A stretch of DNA of 64,000 bases from a virus. Lineage: Duplodnaviria; Caudoviricetes. Location of the stretch: IMG/VR virus record IMGVR_UViG_3300010885_080481; one strand, 5' to 3'. The notes under the pieces were generated by a model, which searched no databases, was not told the DNA's origin, and saw only the letters and a program-made list of their open reading frames with translations. The translations under genes and the position numbers were made by a program. Shown one piece after another: positions 48,093 to 56,863 of the stretch (the stretch's first letter is position 1; each line of letters opens with the position of its first letter).

Positions 48093-51000
48093 ATGGCTAA
48101 TAACCAAAAATCAATCATAGATTTTTACAGAGACTTTGAAACGACTGGCATTCAAGGCGCCCGCATCATTTCTCGAAGCTTTAACGGGAAGTTGCAAAAT
48201 CCCGACGTGACTTTTGAGAAAATTTTCAAGCTGTTGTATCCTGATTCTGCGGCCTTAGGTTCAGCAGAAGAAATGTGGAACGTGCTGAAAGAATTAGGTA
48301 CTGCTCCTCCCGCCTCTCAGCAAGGCAACACATCTCCTGATAACGAAACCGCGAAAGAAATCACAAAATTATTAAGAATATATCATACCTCCTTCAAAGG
48401 TGATGCACCTTTGAGTAGTGAAATAAGAAAATTTTATGTGGAAGGTGGACGTCCATCAGCATACAAGGCGTACAACGCTTCAGACGGTGGGTATCTAATA
48501 GTAGATAATCCCTTGTTTGCGATTGGAAATGCAGCAAAATCATCATCCAGCGATTCATCTACAAATGGACCGTCTTTGACGTACATTCTTCTCGATACCC
48601 CTAACATTGATATAAAGTTAAGAAATGCTGACAAAGCCTCTGCTTTTCTGAACTATGTGCCTTCTATAATAGCATCGCAGCTCCAGCCTTATCTAGACGT
48701 GGAGTTCAATTTATCCAGAAATACCACGAAAGAAACCTCGACAGACAAGCGTCTGTCTAGCATGAGTCAGTTAAAGTTTCTCATGGGACCTGAAGCGATT
48801 CAACCTGGTTCTGCAAACGATAAAATTCATGAGGCTTCATTAAAAAGATCAAAATCTCCAGCGCCCGCCGCGGAAGCCACCCGTAAAGACTTGATAATTC
48901 AACAGTTAGAAGGTCAGTATGCCGCTTGGCAGCTCGCGAAGAAACAGTATGAAGACACTGTGAAGACGACCGTCAAAAATGCGGACGGAAAGCTCGGACT
49001 AGGTAAAGCTGCTTATCCTGTCGATCCTCCCACTGATCCCAACAACGCTGCCGCCGTCGCGGCATATATTAAAAGTATCGACTCAGGTAACAATGTTCCT
49101 AATGCTCCTAAAATCGACGGTAAAGAGGTGTTGACTGCAGGCATTGAATTGTTCACTATGCCACAAACATTGTTGAATATGGACCCTCAATCCAGCGCTG
49201 GCCGATTTCAGCCTGTCATCAACCCCACGATGCCTTTTGGTGCAATAACTAACCTCACTATAGACATACGACCCTCAGTCGGAGTGATGTCTTTTAAGAC
49301 GGCGACGCTGACGTTGAAGATTTTTGACAGGTCTAGGTTGGTCGAGATCGCAGACTTTCTCAATCCTAAGCTCTATCAAGCAGTGACATTGTGGTTGACT
49401 TACGGTTGGAGAGCTCCAATATTTCCTCTTCAATCGCGTCCTGGCTTGGCTAACGATATTAAGATATACGCAGATTTTATTAATGAGAGCATGCTGAGAA
49501 GAGAAGCCTACGGCGTGAGAAACGTTAGCGTGTCCACGGAACCCAATGGAGTCACAACAGTTACTTTGTCTCTTTTTACCCGCGGCGGAGCCGAACTGCT
49601 TGAGGTGAAGGATTCTCGTTCAGGTGATTTTGATAAGATAAGAGAAAAAATAGGGGCTGACTTAGAAGAGATTAAAACATTAACAAAGAAATTTGGGTTG
49701 CAAACGTTCGCCGATACAGGGAAAGAACTACGCGGATCGCAAGTCATCTCAGCAGCATTGGCCGGTGACATTATAGCCGTCGACACCAAAGAATTAAGCA
49801 ATATCGCGTCTTCTATAAAGAAAATATTAGAAGAAAAAGGTTTCGTTGAAGAGGCAGGAAGACTAGAGTCTTTGTTGAAGCAAGTTTATGGAAAATCTTC
49901 TGCAGATGGTAAAAGTCTCTTAGATGACAGACTAGAAGGAGCCGCACGGGGCCTCACAAGAAGCAGATTTTATGCTTTAGCAAAGGATGAAAGTAAACAG
50001 AGTGATGTATGGACCATTCCAAATGAGATCTCAGATGCAAACCAAACTAATAGAGGCAAATTTGCTGATGAATCTGACACGCCTCGTCCTAATTTCTTAC
50101 AAACCCTACGTGCCGCTGACGTCGCTCGAAAAGATCAGGACTTGAGTAAAACATCGAAGGATCAAAGTGGCAATCAGTTTTTCGGCGGGTTTCGTAGCTT
50201 GTCGTTCGGCAGATTGTTCGCAAGTTATTTTTTTGATGTAGCTAGAGGATTAACTGATAGTAACGTTATTGATGATGTTCAAGTGATTTTTTACAACTTG
50301 AATTCTTTAGCAGGCCCCGTAGCAAATCTCAATATAGCAGAATTTCCAATAGAAATGGCACCTCTTGAAGAAGCTTATGCGAAAAAAGTCACCGAACAAA
50401 AAGGCGAAAACATGTCTTTCACGACCTTGTTAGAGGTGATAAAAGATTCTCAATTCAGCAGAATGCAGCATGCAGCTTATGGATTTCAATCTTATTTCGT
50501 TCCAGACAAAAAGACTGGTAAGCTAGTTCAGGATGAACGTAATAGCAAATTACTTTCCGAGGCTGTTCTCAAAAATTATGGCCTTCCTGGAGCTTTCTCG
50601 TTGCCGGCCATCGAATTTTACATAGAGACGAGCTTTGCCAACAGCAAATCAAAATTAGAAGTTGATCTTTTAGAGTCCATTGACTTTTCGCGCCGGGCGC
50701 CCACCGGCAACTTAACAAATAATGTCAAGAAGATAATGAGGATTCACGTCTACGACAAGTCGGCGATTCCTCACCAAGCCGCGACGCAAATACTCTCTTC
50801 TCCCAATGGATACATTGAGCTTGACTCGGAAGTGTATAGAGCGTTGCAAACGCAAAATAGAAATTCCGCAAGTGGCACAGCGGATGCAAGCAAAAAATTA
50901 CAACAATTAATTGATAGTTTGAAAACAAAAATAAAAAATATTAACGCCCTCCCCCCGAATCCTACTGACTCCAACGCGGACTTTGAAACTTTCAAAAAAA

Positions 51001-51620
51001 TAGCTGCAGAATTGAATCTACCTGAAGGCATTAGCAACGATGAAAAAAAGTTAAAAAGTTTATTCAACGTGTTTTCTTTTAAAGAAGGAGGGTCACCTTC
51101 TTTTGAAAAAGTGAAACGACAGATTGGGCGATTCGTTCCCACTATTACGATAGGTTCCAATGGATCGATGGTAGAAAGTTCCAACTATTCGACGGGCAAT
51201 GACGCTTTATTGAGCACGATCATGATGCTCAGAAATTCTCAAGCTGCTCCAAATCCTGCGCAACCAAATGGTTCCGGTGTGGGAGACTTGCCTCTTCGCA
51301 TCATCCCTGGCTCTTTAACGATCAATTCGTTGGGATGTCCTTTGGTCGAGTACATGCAACAATTCTTTGTTGACTTGGGTACAGGCACCACGGCTGATAA
51401 CCTTTACAACGTGACTGGATTGACTCATACATTCACTCCTGGGAAATTTAGCACGCAGATAAAGTTTACGTTCGCGGATGCTTATGGTCGCTACGAGAGC
51501 GCGCAGACCTTCATCGACGGCGTCACGGCTGAACTTACAAAGATGAGCAACGATCTTGAAAAATCTAAAAAAGCCGAAGAAGACAAAATTAAACAAAGAG
51601 GCGGTAAAAAAGTCGGGTAA
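48093..51620 (+). CDS. Baseplate hub-like protein
   Basis: 1175 aa after the LysM gene; F.TATLTLKIFD, L.LTYGW, C-terminal IP..LTI..LGCPL....QQFFVDLGTGTTADNLY.VTG..H....GKFST. Confidence 0.6.
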   Translation: MANNQKSIIDFYRDFETTGIQGARIISRSFNGKLQNPDVTFEKIFKLLYPDSAALGSAEEMWNVLKELGTAPPASQQGNTSPDNETAKEITKLLRIYHTSFKGDAPLSSEIRKFYVEGGRPSAYKAYNASDGGYLIVDNPLFAIGNAAKSSSSDSSTNGPSLTYILLDTPNIDIKLRNADKASAFLNYVPSIIASQLQPYLDVEFNLSRNTTKETSTDKRLSSMSQLKFLMGPEAIQPGSANDKIHEASLKRSKSPAPAAEATRKDLIIQQLEGQYAAWQLAKKQYEDTVKTTVKNADGKLGLGKAAYPVDPPTDPNNAAAVAAYIKSIDSGNNVPNAPKIDGKEVLTAGIELFTMPQTLLNMDPQSSAGRFQPVINPTMPFGAITNLTIDIRPSVGVMSFKTATLTLKIFDRSRLVEIADFLNPKLYQAVTLWLTYGWRAPIFPLQSRPGLANDIKIYADFINESMLRREAYGVRNVSVSTEPNGVTTVTLSLFTRGGAELLEVKDSRSGDFDKIREKIGADLEEIKTLTKKFGLQTFADTGKELRGSQVISAALAGDIIAVDTKELSNIASSIKKILEEKGFVEEAGRLESLLKQVYGKSSADGKSLLDDRLEGAARGLTRSRFYALAKDESKQSDVWTIPNEISDANQTNRGKFADESDTPRPNFLQTLRAADVARKDQDLSKTSKDQSGNQFFGGFRSLSFGRLFASYFFDVARGLTDSNVIDDVQVIFYNLNSLAGPVANLNIAEFPIEMAPLEEAYAKKVTEQKGENMSFTTLLEVIKDSQFSRMQHAAYGFQSYFVPDKKTGKLVQDERNSKLLSEAVLKNYGLPGAFSLPAIEFYIETSFANSKSKLEVDLLESIDFSRRAPTGNLTNNVKKIMRIHVYDKSAIPHQAATQILSSPNGYIELDSEVYRALQTQNRNSASGTADASKKLQQLIDSLKTKIKNINALPPNPTDSNADFETFKKIAAELNLPEGISNDEKKLKSLFNVFSFKEGGSPSFEKVKRQIGRFVPTITIGSNGSMVESSNYSTGNDALLSTIMMLRNSQAAPNPAQPNGSGVGDLPLRIIPGSLTINSLGCPLVEYMQQFFVDLGTGTTADNLYNVTGLTHTFTPGKFSTQIKFTFADAYGRYESAQTFIDGVTAELTKMSNDLEKSKKAEEDKIKQRGGKKVG

Positions 51621-51666
51621 CATACTCTCACCTCAGCTTAATAAAATTTCAATAAAGATATAAGTT

Positions 51667-51696
51667 TTGAAATTCGACAATCTCTGGTTGTAGATT
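51667..51696 (+). promoter_or_regulatory. Sigma70-like promoter, likely leaderless transcript
   Basis: TTGAAA (51667-51672), 18 nt, TAGATT (51691-51696); predicted +1 falls on the GTG at 51703. Confidence 0.4.
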
Positions 51697-51702
51697 GCAT
51701 TA

Positions 51703-52899
51703 GTGAGCATCACCATTGACTCTTCTGTGCTTGGAACATCGGAACATCTCTGCATAGATCATGATGGTTTCACAAGAGTGAAGAATGTTGACAAAGATTC
51801 TTGGCATCTTTCAGGCGGAATTAAATTGACATCAACTCGTTGTTGGGACACAGCTCTCAAATTAGCTGGCAGGTATTCTCTACCAACTCCTCCAGAAAAG
51901 TATAGGAAAATGATGAATGTGGTGATGCCCTTTGATTCAAAGGCGCCACCTTGGTCTTACGTCATGCCTAAAGCTGAATATCAGACTTACTTTAAGGAAG
52001 TAGTCTCTTCAGCTTCTATTCATGACCTAGACACCAGCTATTATGAGAACATTTGGATTCATGGCAATCAGCTATTGAGTTCGCTGCGCGCTGCGAAAGT
52101 CGACGGACAGACGATAGACAAGTTGATTGCGGAATCAGTTCATTCCTCTTCCACTGTTTCATCTTTCACTCCTAGAGCTGGTGGATATGCACAACCTGTT
52201 GTTTACGATAGGTTTGGCACCGTCACAGGACGATTGGTCGTAGAATCTGGGCCAAACATTTTATTACTGAAGAAAGAACACAGGTCGATATTAAGACCAT
52301 CAACTCCAGGTGGATCCATCGTCTCTCTTGATTTTTCCGCCCTCGAGGCCCGAATTCTTTTATACGAATCCGGTGGAACATGCGGAGATGAGGATCTCTA
52401 TGAGTCTATTGCTCGTCGTGTTGGTTCAACATCTCGTTCCGTCGTCAAAGCAGCTGTTTTAGCCGAGCTCTATGGGTCATCAAAAAATGCTTTGGCATTG
52501 ACGCTGGGGATGTCAAACGAACATTTATCAGAATTTATTCGTAAGGTTGAGGAGGTGATCAACACAAAGAAGCTCCTTGCCTCTCTAAAAAAACAATTTT
52601 CTAAAGAAGGATGGATCACAAATAAATATGGCCGGCGGATAGAGGTATCTCGACCGCAGGACAACATCTTTGTGAACTATTACGCTCAAAGCACAGGTGT
52701 GGACGTGTCCCTCTTCGGGTTCAATAAGATCTTAAATGACCTGGGATTTGATGGAATCAGACCCTTATTCGTTCTTCATGACGCCTTGATCCTTGATGTC
52801 AGAGAAGACCGCCTGAAAGACGTGGAGGGCGTGAAGTCAGTTTCCGTGCCAGGGTATTCTAACAAGTTTCCTCTTAAGCTAGAGACGCTTCAAGGCTAA
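51703..52899 (+). CDS. Family A DNA polymerase, polymerase domain only
   Basis: TVTGRL, motif A LDFSALEARIL, motif B RSVVKAAVLAELYG, YGRR, NYYAQST, motif C LHDALILDV; 398 aa with no exonuclease motifs seen. Confidence 0.8.
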   Translation: MSITIDSSVLGTSEHLCIDHDGFTRVKNVDKDSWHLSGGIKLTSTRCWDTALKLAGRYSLPTPPEKYRKMMNVVMPFDSKAPPWSYVMPKAEYQTYFKEVVSSASIHDLDTSYYENIWIHGNQLLSSLRAAKVDGQTIDKLIAESVHSSSTVSSFTPRAGGYAQPVVYDRFGTVTGRLVVESGPNILLLKKEHRSILRPSTPGGSIVSLDFSALEARILLYESGGTCGDEDLYESIARRVGSTSRSVVKAAVLAELYGSSKNALALTLGMSNEHLSEFIRKVEEVINTKKLLASLKKQFSKEGWITNKYGRRIEVSRPQDNIFVNYYAQSTGVDVSLFGFNKILNDLGFDGIRPLFVLHDALILDVREDRLKDVEGVKSVSVPGYSNKFPLKLETLQG

Positions 52900-52935
52900 T
52901 GAACATTGTATCATTGGTGCTATAATGTGATTTCC

Positions 52936-53532
52936 ATGAGTTTAAGTCCTGAAGAAATTGCAGCTAATTTTGACAAGTTTCGTTCTTTGTGCGAGAGATT
53001 GGGTGATAGATCATCAGCGGCTCTTGCCTTGGTTGATCACTTTGGAGAGAGGTTGGCACTATGTCCCGCCTCAGGTCGTAAAGATTTTCATTTAGCAATC
53101 CCAGGAGGATTGGTCGATCATTCGTTGCGAGTTCTTTCCAATGCAATGAAATTGTGCAAGGCGTTCGAACATAACATTGCAAAAGATTCTCTCATCATAG
53201 GTTGCTTATTCCATGATATCGGCAAATTAGGAGACGTAGAGCATGATTATTACGTTCCTCAAGATTCCGATTGGCACCGGGAGAAGCTCGGTGAAAACTA
53301 CAAACATAACAAAAGCATCAAGTATATGACAGTTCCCCACAGAGGAGTGTGGCTTTGCCAAAATTTTGGTCTACGCCTCAATCAAGACGAGTGGTTATCC
53401 ATTATGTTGAATGATGGATGGGTGCTTCAAGAAAATAAGGCGTACTGTCTAAAAGAATCAGATCTTGTTCACGTGGTGCAGACAGCAGACTATATCTCGA
53501 CGAAGCAAGAAAAAGAATCCGTTGACGAATAG
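52936..53532 (+). CDS. HD-domain phosphohydrolase (YhaM-like)
   Basis: PAS....HL..PGGLVDHSLRV, LFHDIGKLG, VPHRG, LVHVVQTADY; TGcTATAAT extended -10 at 52918-52926 upstream of ATG 52936. Confidence 0.8.
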   Translation: MSLSPEEIAANFDKFRSLCERLGDRSSAALALVDHFGERLALCPASGRKDFHLAIPGGLVDHSLRVLSNAMKLCKAFEHNIAKDSLIIGCLFHDIGKLGDVEHDYYVPQDSDWHREKLGENYKHNKSIKYMTVPHRGVWLCQNFGLRLNQDEWLSIMLNDGWVLQENKAYCLKESDLVHVVQTADYISTKQEKESVDE

Positions 53533-53541
53533 TTAGGGTGT

Positions 53542-53754
53542 ATGAATGATATTTTACGCCGCTACATCGTAGAAGTTATTAAGACGGATTCCTTGGTAGA
53601 CGAGGATGAAGAAAATTCAGAATCAGACGTCAACGAATTTAGCGGCGTTGCATCCATTGCAGGTTTCACTGCACCTCTAGGCATGTCTGGTCAAGATATG
53701 CAAGGTCCTGGGGTCAAAGAGAGAAAAAAGAAGAAAAAGTCGACTTGGAAATGA
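53542..53754 (+). CDS. Small hypothetical protein
   Basis: 70 aa with an acidic middle and basic tail; ATAGTTAG motif variant at 53529-53536 and AGGG SD. Confidence 0.6.
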   Translation: MNDILRRYIVEVIKTDSLVDEDEENSESDVNEFSGVASIAGFTAPLGMSGQDMQGPGVKERKKKKKSTWK

Positions 53755-53755
53755 C

Positions 53756-54064
53756 ATGAAACGTCTGATCCTACCTTACTTTTCTTTGTTCGTTTTAGGG
53801 GTTCTAGGGGCTCATATAACAAAGAAAGTTCAAAGTGGAACTTTTCCTATATGGGCCACCATAGGGCCTTCTATCTTCAGTGGTGTGCTGTGGGGGTGGA
53901 TTGCACAGAGATCACAGAGTCTTAGCCTCATGTCTGTGCTCTTTGATGTCGTTTATACGGCCGCGTTCGTTTTTGGTTTTTTTCTCTTAGGAGATAGACT
54001 CACACCTCTTCAGATTGCAGGATTCGTCGTGTCACTCATCGGTGTCGTAATGATGGCAGCTTGA
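53756..54064 (+). CDS. Small membrane protein (DMT/SMR-like)
   Basis: 102 aa with 3-4 hydrophobic helices; ending LGDRLTPLQIAGFVVSLIGVVMM resembles DMT-superfamily C-termini. Confidence 0.6.
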   Translation: MKRLILPYFSLFVLGVLGAHITKKVQSGTFPIWATIGPSIFSGVLWGWIAQRSQSLSLMSVLFDVVYTAAFVFGFFLLGDRLTPLQIAGFVVSLIGVVMMAA

Positions 54065-54078
54065 TTCACACTATCGTG

Positions 54079-54086
54079 ATATTTAT
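54079..54086 (+). promoter_or_regulatory. ATANTTAT promoter-like motif (ATATTTAT)
   Basis: 4 nt upstream of the closing helix of the candidate structured RNA. Confidence 0.5.
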
Positions 54087-54090
54087 ATTG

Positions 54091-54297
54091 TCGACTTGAT
54101 CGGCGCGGAATCGGGTTAGGAAGAGGCAAAAATGCAAGACCTACTTTTGTTCTGTCCTGAAAGGACATCGTGCAAAGATTACTCAACGAATGTTAGTTTG
54201 ATACAACTCTTTCGTTGCAGGTTAGGTTGACAAACACTCGGATTGATAAGCTCGATCGCTTATGACACGGTGTCATAACATCGAAAATTGAAGTCGA
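54091..54297 (+). ncRNA. Candidate structured RNA or SSB mRNA leader (~207 nt)
   Basis: Ends pair (TCGACTT 54091-54097 / AAGTCGA 54291-54297); internal stems TGTCC-TGAAA-GGACA, CAACGAA/TTCGTTG, ATAAGC/GCTTAT, TTATGACA/TGTCATAA. Confidence 0.45.
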
Positions 54298-54324
54298 AAG
54301 AGGAAGCGGAATAGGAAAACAAAA

Positions 54325-55164
54325 ATGGCAATTGATCTAGAAGCAATTAAGCGTCGTGTTGCAGAGCTCAGTGGCGTGAGGAAGACGTCGTCCGTTCAGA
54401 TGTGGAAGCCACAAATTGGAGAATATAAGATTCGCTGTCTGCCTTGGAAGAATTCTCCTGAAGGCCAGCCTTTTGCAGAGAGGTGGTTTTACTACATCGG
54501 AGAGAATGCAGGCCTCCTTGCTCCAAATCAGTTTGGAAAGCCAGATCCAATCAACGATCTGATCCGTAAGCTGTACAGCAGCGGCAAGCCTGACGATCGA
54601 GTTCTTGCAAAGAAGCTTGCGCCTAAGATGCGTTGTTATGCCCCCGTCATCGTCCGCGGTGAGGAGGATAAAGGTGTGCAGGTCTGGGCTTTCGGTAAGA
54701 TCGTCTACCAACGTATGCTTGGTTTCTTCCTCGATGAGGAGGTCGGCGATATTCTAGATCCAAATCAAGGATTTGATTTGAAAGTGACGATCTCAAAAGC
54801 CCCCGGTAAACAGTTCAATGATACGATGGTGGATCCTGCTCGACGACCTTCAAAGCTTCATGAGGATCAAAAAACCATGGCAACTTGGCTGGAGAATATT
54901 CCAAACATCGATGACATGTATCGTCTAAAGTCCACTCAAGAGATTGAAGCTGTTCTCAACAATTGGCTCAACGGTGGTGCTACTGATGACACACCAACAG
55001 AGACAACCCGTGGTCCAGCCACAGCAGATGCTCTTGATGACTTGGTTGCTGAAGTAAAAGCCTCATCGCCAGACAAACCAAAGAAAGTAAAGAAAGCTGA
55101 TGATGACTCTCCAAAGAAACAATCATTAGATGATGCGTTCGCAGACCTGATGGGCGACGAGTGA
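54325..55164 (+). CDS. Single-stranded DNA-binding protein (T4 gp32-like)
   Basis: WKP..GEY.IR.LPW, FG.PDPI, R.YAPVIVRGEED.GV..W.FG, DP..G.DLKV; acidic tail LDDAFADLMGDE. Confidence 0.8.
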   Translation: MAIDLEAIKRRVAELSGVRKTSSVQMWKPQIGEYKIRCLPWKNSPEGQPFAERWFYYIGENAGLLAPNQFGKPDPINDLIRKLYSSGKPDDRVLAKKLAPKMRCYAPVIVRGEEDKGVQVWAFGKIVYQRMLGFFLDEEVGDILDPNQGFDLKVTISKAPGKQFNDTMVDPARRPSKLHEDQKTMATWLENIPNIDDMYRLKSTQEIEAVLNNWLNGGATDDTPTETTRGPATADALDDLVAEVKASSPDKPKKVKKADDDSPKKQSLDDAFADLMGDE

Positions 55165-55171
55165 TTTAACT

Positions 55172-55213
55172 GTTCAAGCGCCGGGGAATTTTAATTTTCC
55201 CCGGCGCTTGAAC
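55172..55213. other. Perfect 17-bp inverted repeat between the SSB and recombinase genes
   Basis: gttcaagcgccggggaa (55172-55188), 8-nt loop, ttccccggcgcttgaac (55197-55213); no poly-T tail. Confidence 0.85.
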
Positions 55214-55242
55214 TATTTAGTGAGTTAAAAGGATAATACACT

Positions 55243-56430
55243 ATGGCAAAAAGAGAGAAGTCAGAAGAAGTTGAGACCGTGACTAAAAAGTCTGAGGTTG
55301 ATAATATGATGAAAGATCTCATTTCATCTATCAACAAGGAATTTGGTCAACGCATTGCGTACAATCTATCAGAGATGGATGCACCTACGGTCGTTAAAAG
55401 GTGGATCGACACAGGGTCGATTCAACTTAACTATGCGATCCGCAACGCAATGGGAGGAGGGTATCCAGAAGGTCGAATCATAGAAATCGCAGGATTACCT
55501 TCATCAGGTAAATCGCACCTTGCATATCACGCGGCTTCAGTGGCCCAACGTATGGGTGGTCTTGTTGTCTATATTGACACAGAAAATGCAACTCCTGTTG
55601 CGAAGTTGGCGGACATGGGAATCGATGTTCGTAAGAGATTTGTTTATTGCGATTCTCACTGTACAGAGGAGGTCTTCTCCATTATTGAATCTACAATCAC
55701 CAAGGCGAAGCAGGTGCTCGATAAGAACATTCCTATTCTTGTCATCTGGGACTCTGTCGCAGCAACTTCTCCTAAGGCCGAGCTCGACGGTGATTATGAT
55801 CAAAACTCGATTGGTCTACAGGCCCGCGCTATTTCTAAGGGAATGCGTAAGATCACAGGCGTCATTGGACAAAACAACGTGACGCTACTCTGCATCAATC
55901 AAATTCGTGATGCTATCGGTGTGATGCATGGTGATCCTACAACGACGCCTGGCGGTCGTGCAATCCCATTCCATTCTTCTGTTAGAATTCGTTTAGGTAG
56001 TGGCAATCAAGTGAAAGACAAGAATGGTAATCCTATTGGAATCCATACCACTGTCACTCTTAAGAAGAATAAGGTTGCTGCCCCTTTTCGCAAATGTGAG
56101 TTTGATATCATCTTTGGCAAGGGTATCGTAGAGGATGAATATCTTTTTGATGAAGTTCGTTCACATTGCAAAGCCAATGGCCCTGTCAAGCGTGATGGTT
56201 TTGAGATCAATGTCAGCGGCGAAGGTGCGTGGAAAGAGCTTTCAGTGGTTAATGCAAAGACAGGCGAAGTTGTGGTAGAGAAGAAGTTCTACAAGTCTGA
56301 GTTTGGGGATATGCTCAAGGACGAGAAATATTCGAGTTATCTCTTGACGGCTATTGACTCTGCCCTTATAACAACTGGTGGCGAACCTTCGGGCGAGGGA
56401 GACGGTGAAGGAGGAATGTCTGATGAGTGA
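55243..56430 (+). CDS. recA: RecA/UvsX recombinase
   Basis: TGSIQLN, GGGYPEGRIIEI, Walker A GLPSSGKS, YIDTENA, Walker B VIWDSVAA, INQIR, GGRAIPF.SSVRI, KNKVAAPF. Confidence 0.95.
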   Translation: MAKREKSEEVETVTKKSEVDNMMKDLISSINKEFGQRIAYNLSEMDAPTVVKRWIDTGSIQLNYAIRNAMGGGYPEGRIIEIAGLPSSGKSHLAYHAASVAQRMGGLVVYIDTENATPVAKLADMGIDVRKRFVYCDSHCTEEVFSIIESTITKAKQVLDKNIPILVIWDSVAATSPKAELDGDYDQNSIGLQARAISKGMRKITGVIGQNNVTLLCINQIRDAIGVMHGDPTTTPGGRAIPFHSSVRIRLGSGNQVKDKNGNPIGIHTTVTLKKNKVAAPFRKCEFDIIFGKGIVEDEYLFDEVRSHCKANGPVKRDGFEINVSGEGAWKELSVVNAKTGEVVVEKKFYKSEFGDMLKDEKYSSYLLTAIDSALITTGGEPSGEGDGEGGMSDE

Positions 56431-56863
56431 TATATTTTGGATTAGATGCGAAGTGGATGACAATGACCTTGTGCCAAAGTATCAAACACAAGGATCTGCG
56501 GGGTGTGACATATATGCTAATGAGTACCTAACGATCAAGCCTGGACGAAGGGCTATGGTGGCCACTGGATTAAAGATCGAACTGCCTCCTGGATTTGAAG
56601 CGCAAGTCAGACCTAGGTCTGGGTTAGCGGCAAAGCATGGTATCACGGTATTAAACACGCCCGGTACTGTTGATGAAGACTACAGAGGAGAGATTAAGGT
56701 CATTTTATTAAACACAGGTGACGAAGAATTTATTGTCAATAAAGGTGATAGGATTGCACAGTTGGTATTTTCTCGAGTTTTTCGTGGGATATTCCAACCA
56801 ACCAATAGCTTGTCTTCAACAACTCGTGGTGGTGGTGGATTCGGTTCAACAGGCAAAACATGA
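56423..56863 (+). CDS. dut: Trimeric dUTPase
   Basis: Start at 56423 (GGAGGA SD). AGCDI, PRSGLA, GTVDEDYRGEI, RIAQLV, RGGGGFGSTG. Confidence 0.97.
   Translation: MSDIFWIRCEVDDNDLVPKYQTQGSAGCDIYANEYLTIKPGRRAMVATGLKIELPPGFEAQVRPRSGLAAKHGITVLNTPGTVDEDYRGEIKVILLNTGDEEFIVNKGDRIAQLVFSRVFRGIFQPTNSLSSTTRGGGGFGSTGKT

Noticed and set aside
54121-54180. c-di-GMP-I riboswitch (GGCAAA...GAAA...GCAAAG)
   Set aside because: The words occur, but spacing and pairing do not fit the P1/P2 layout.
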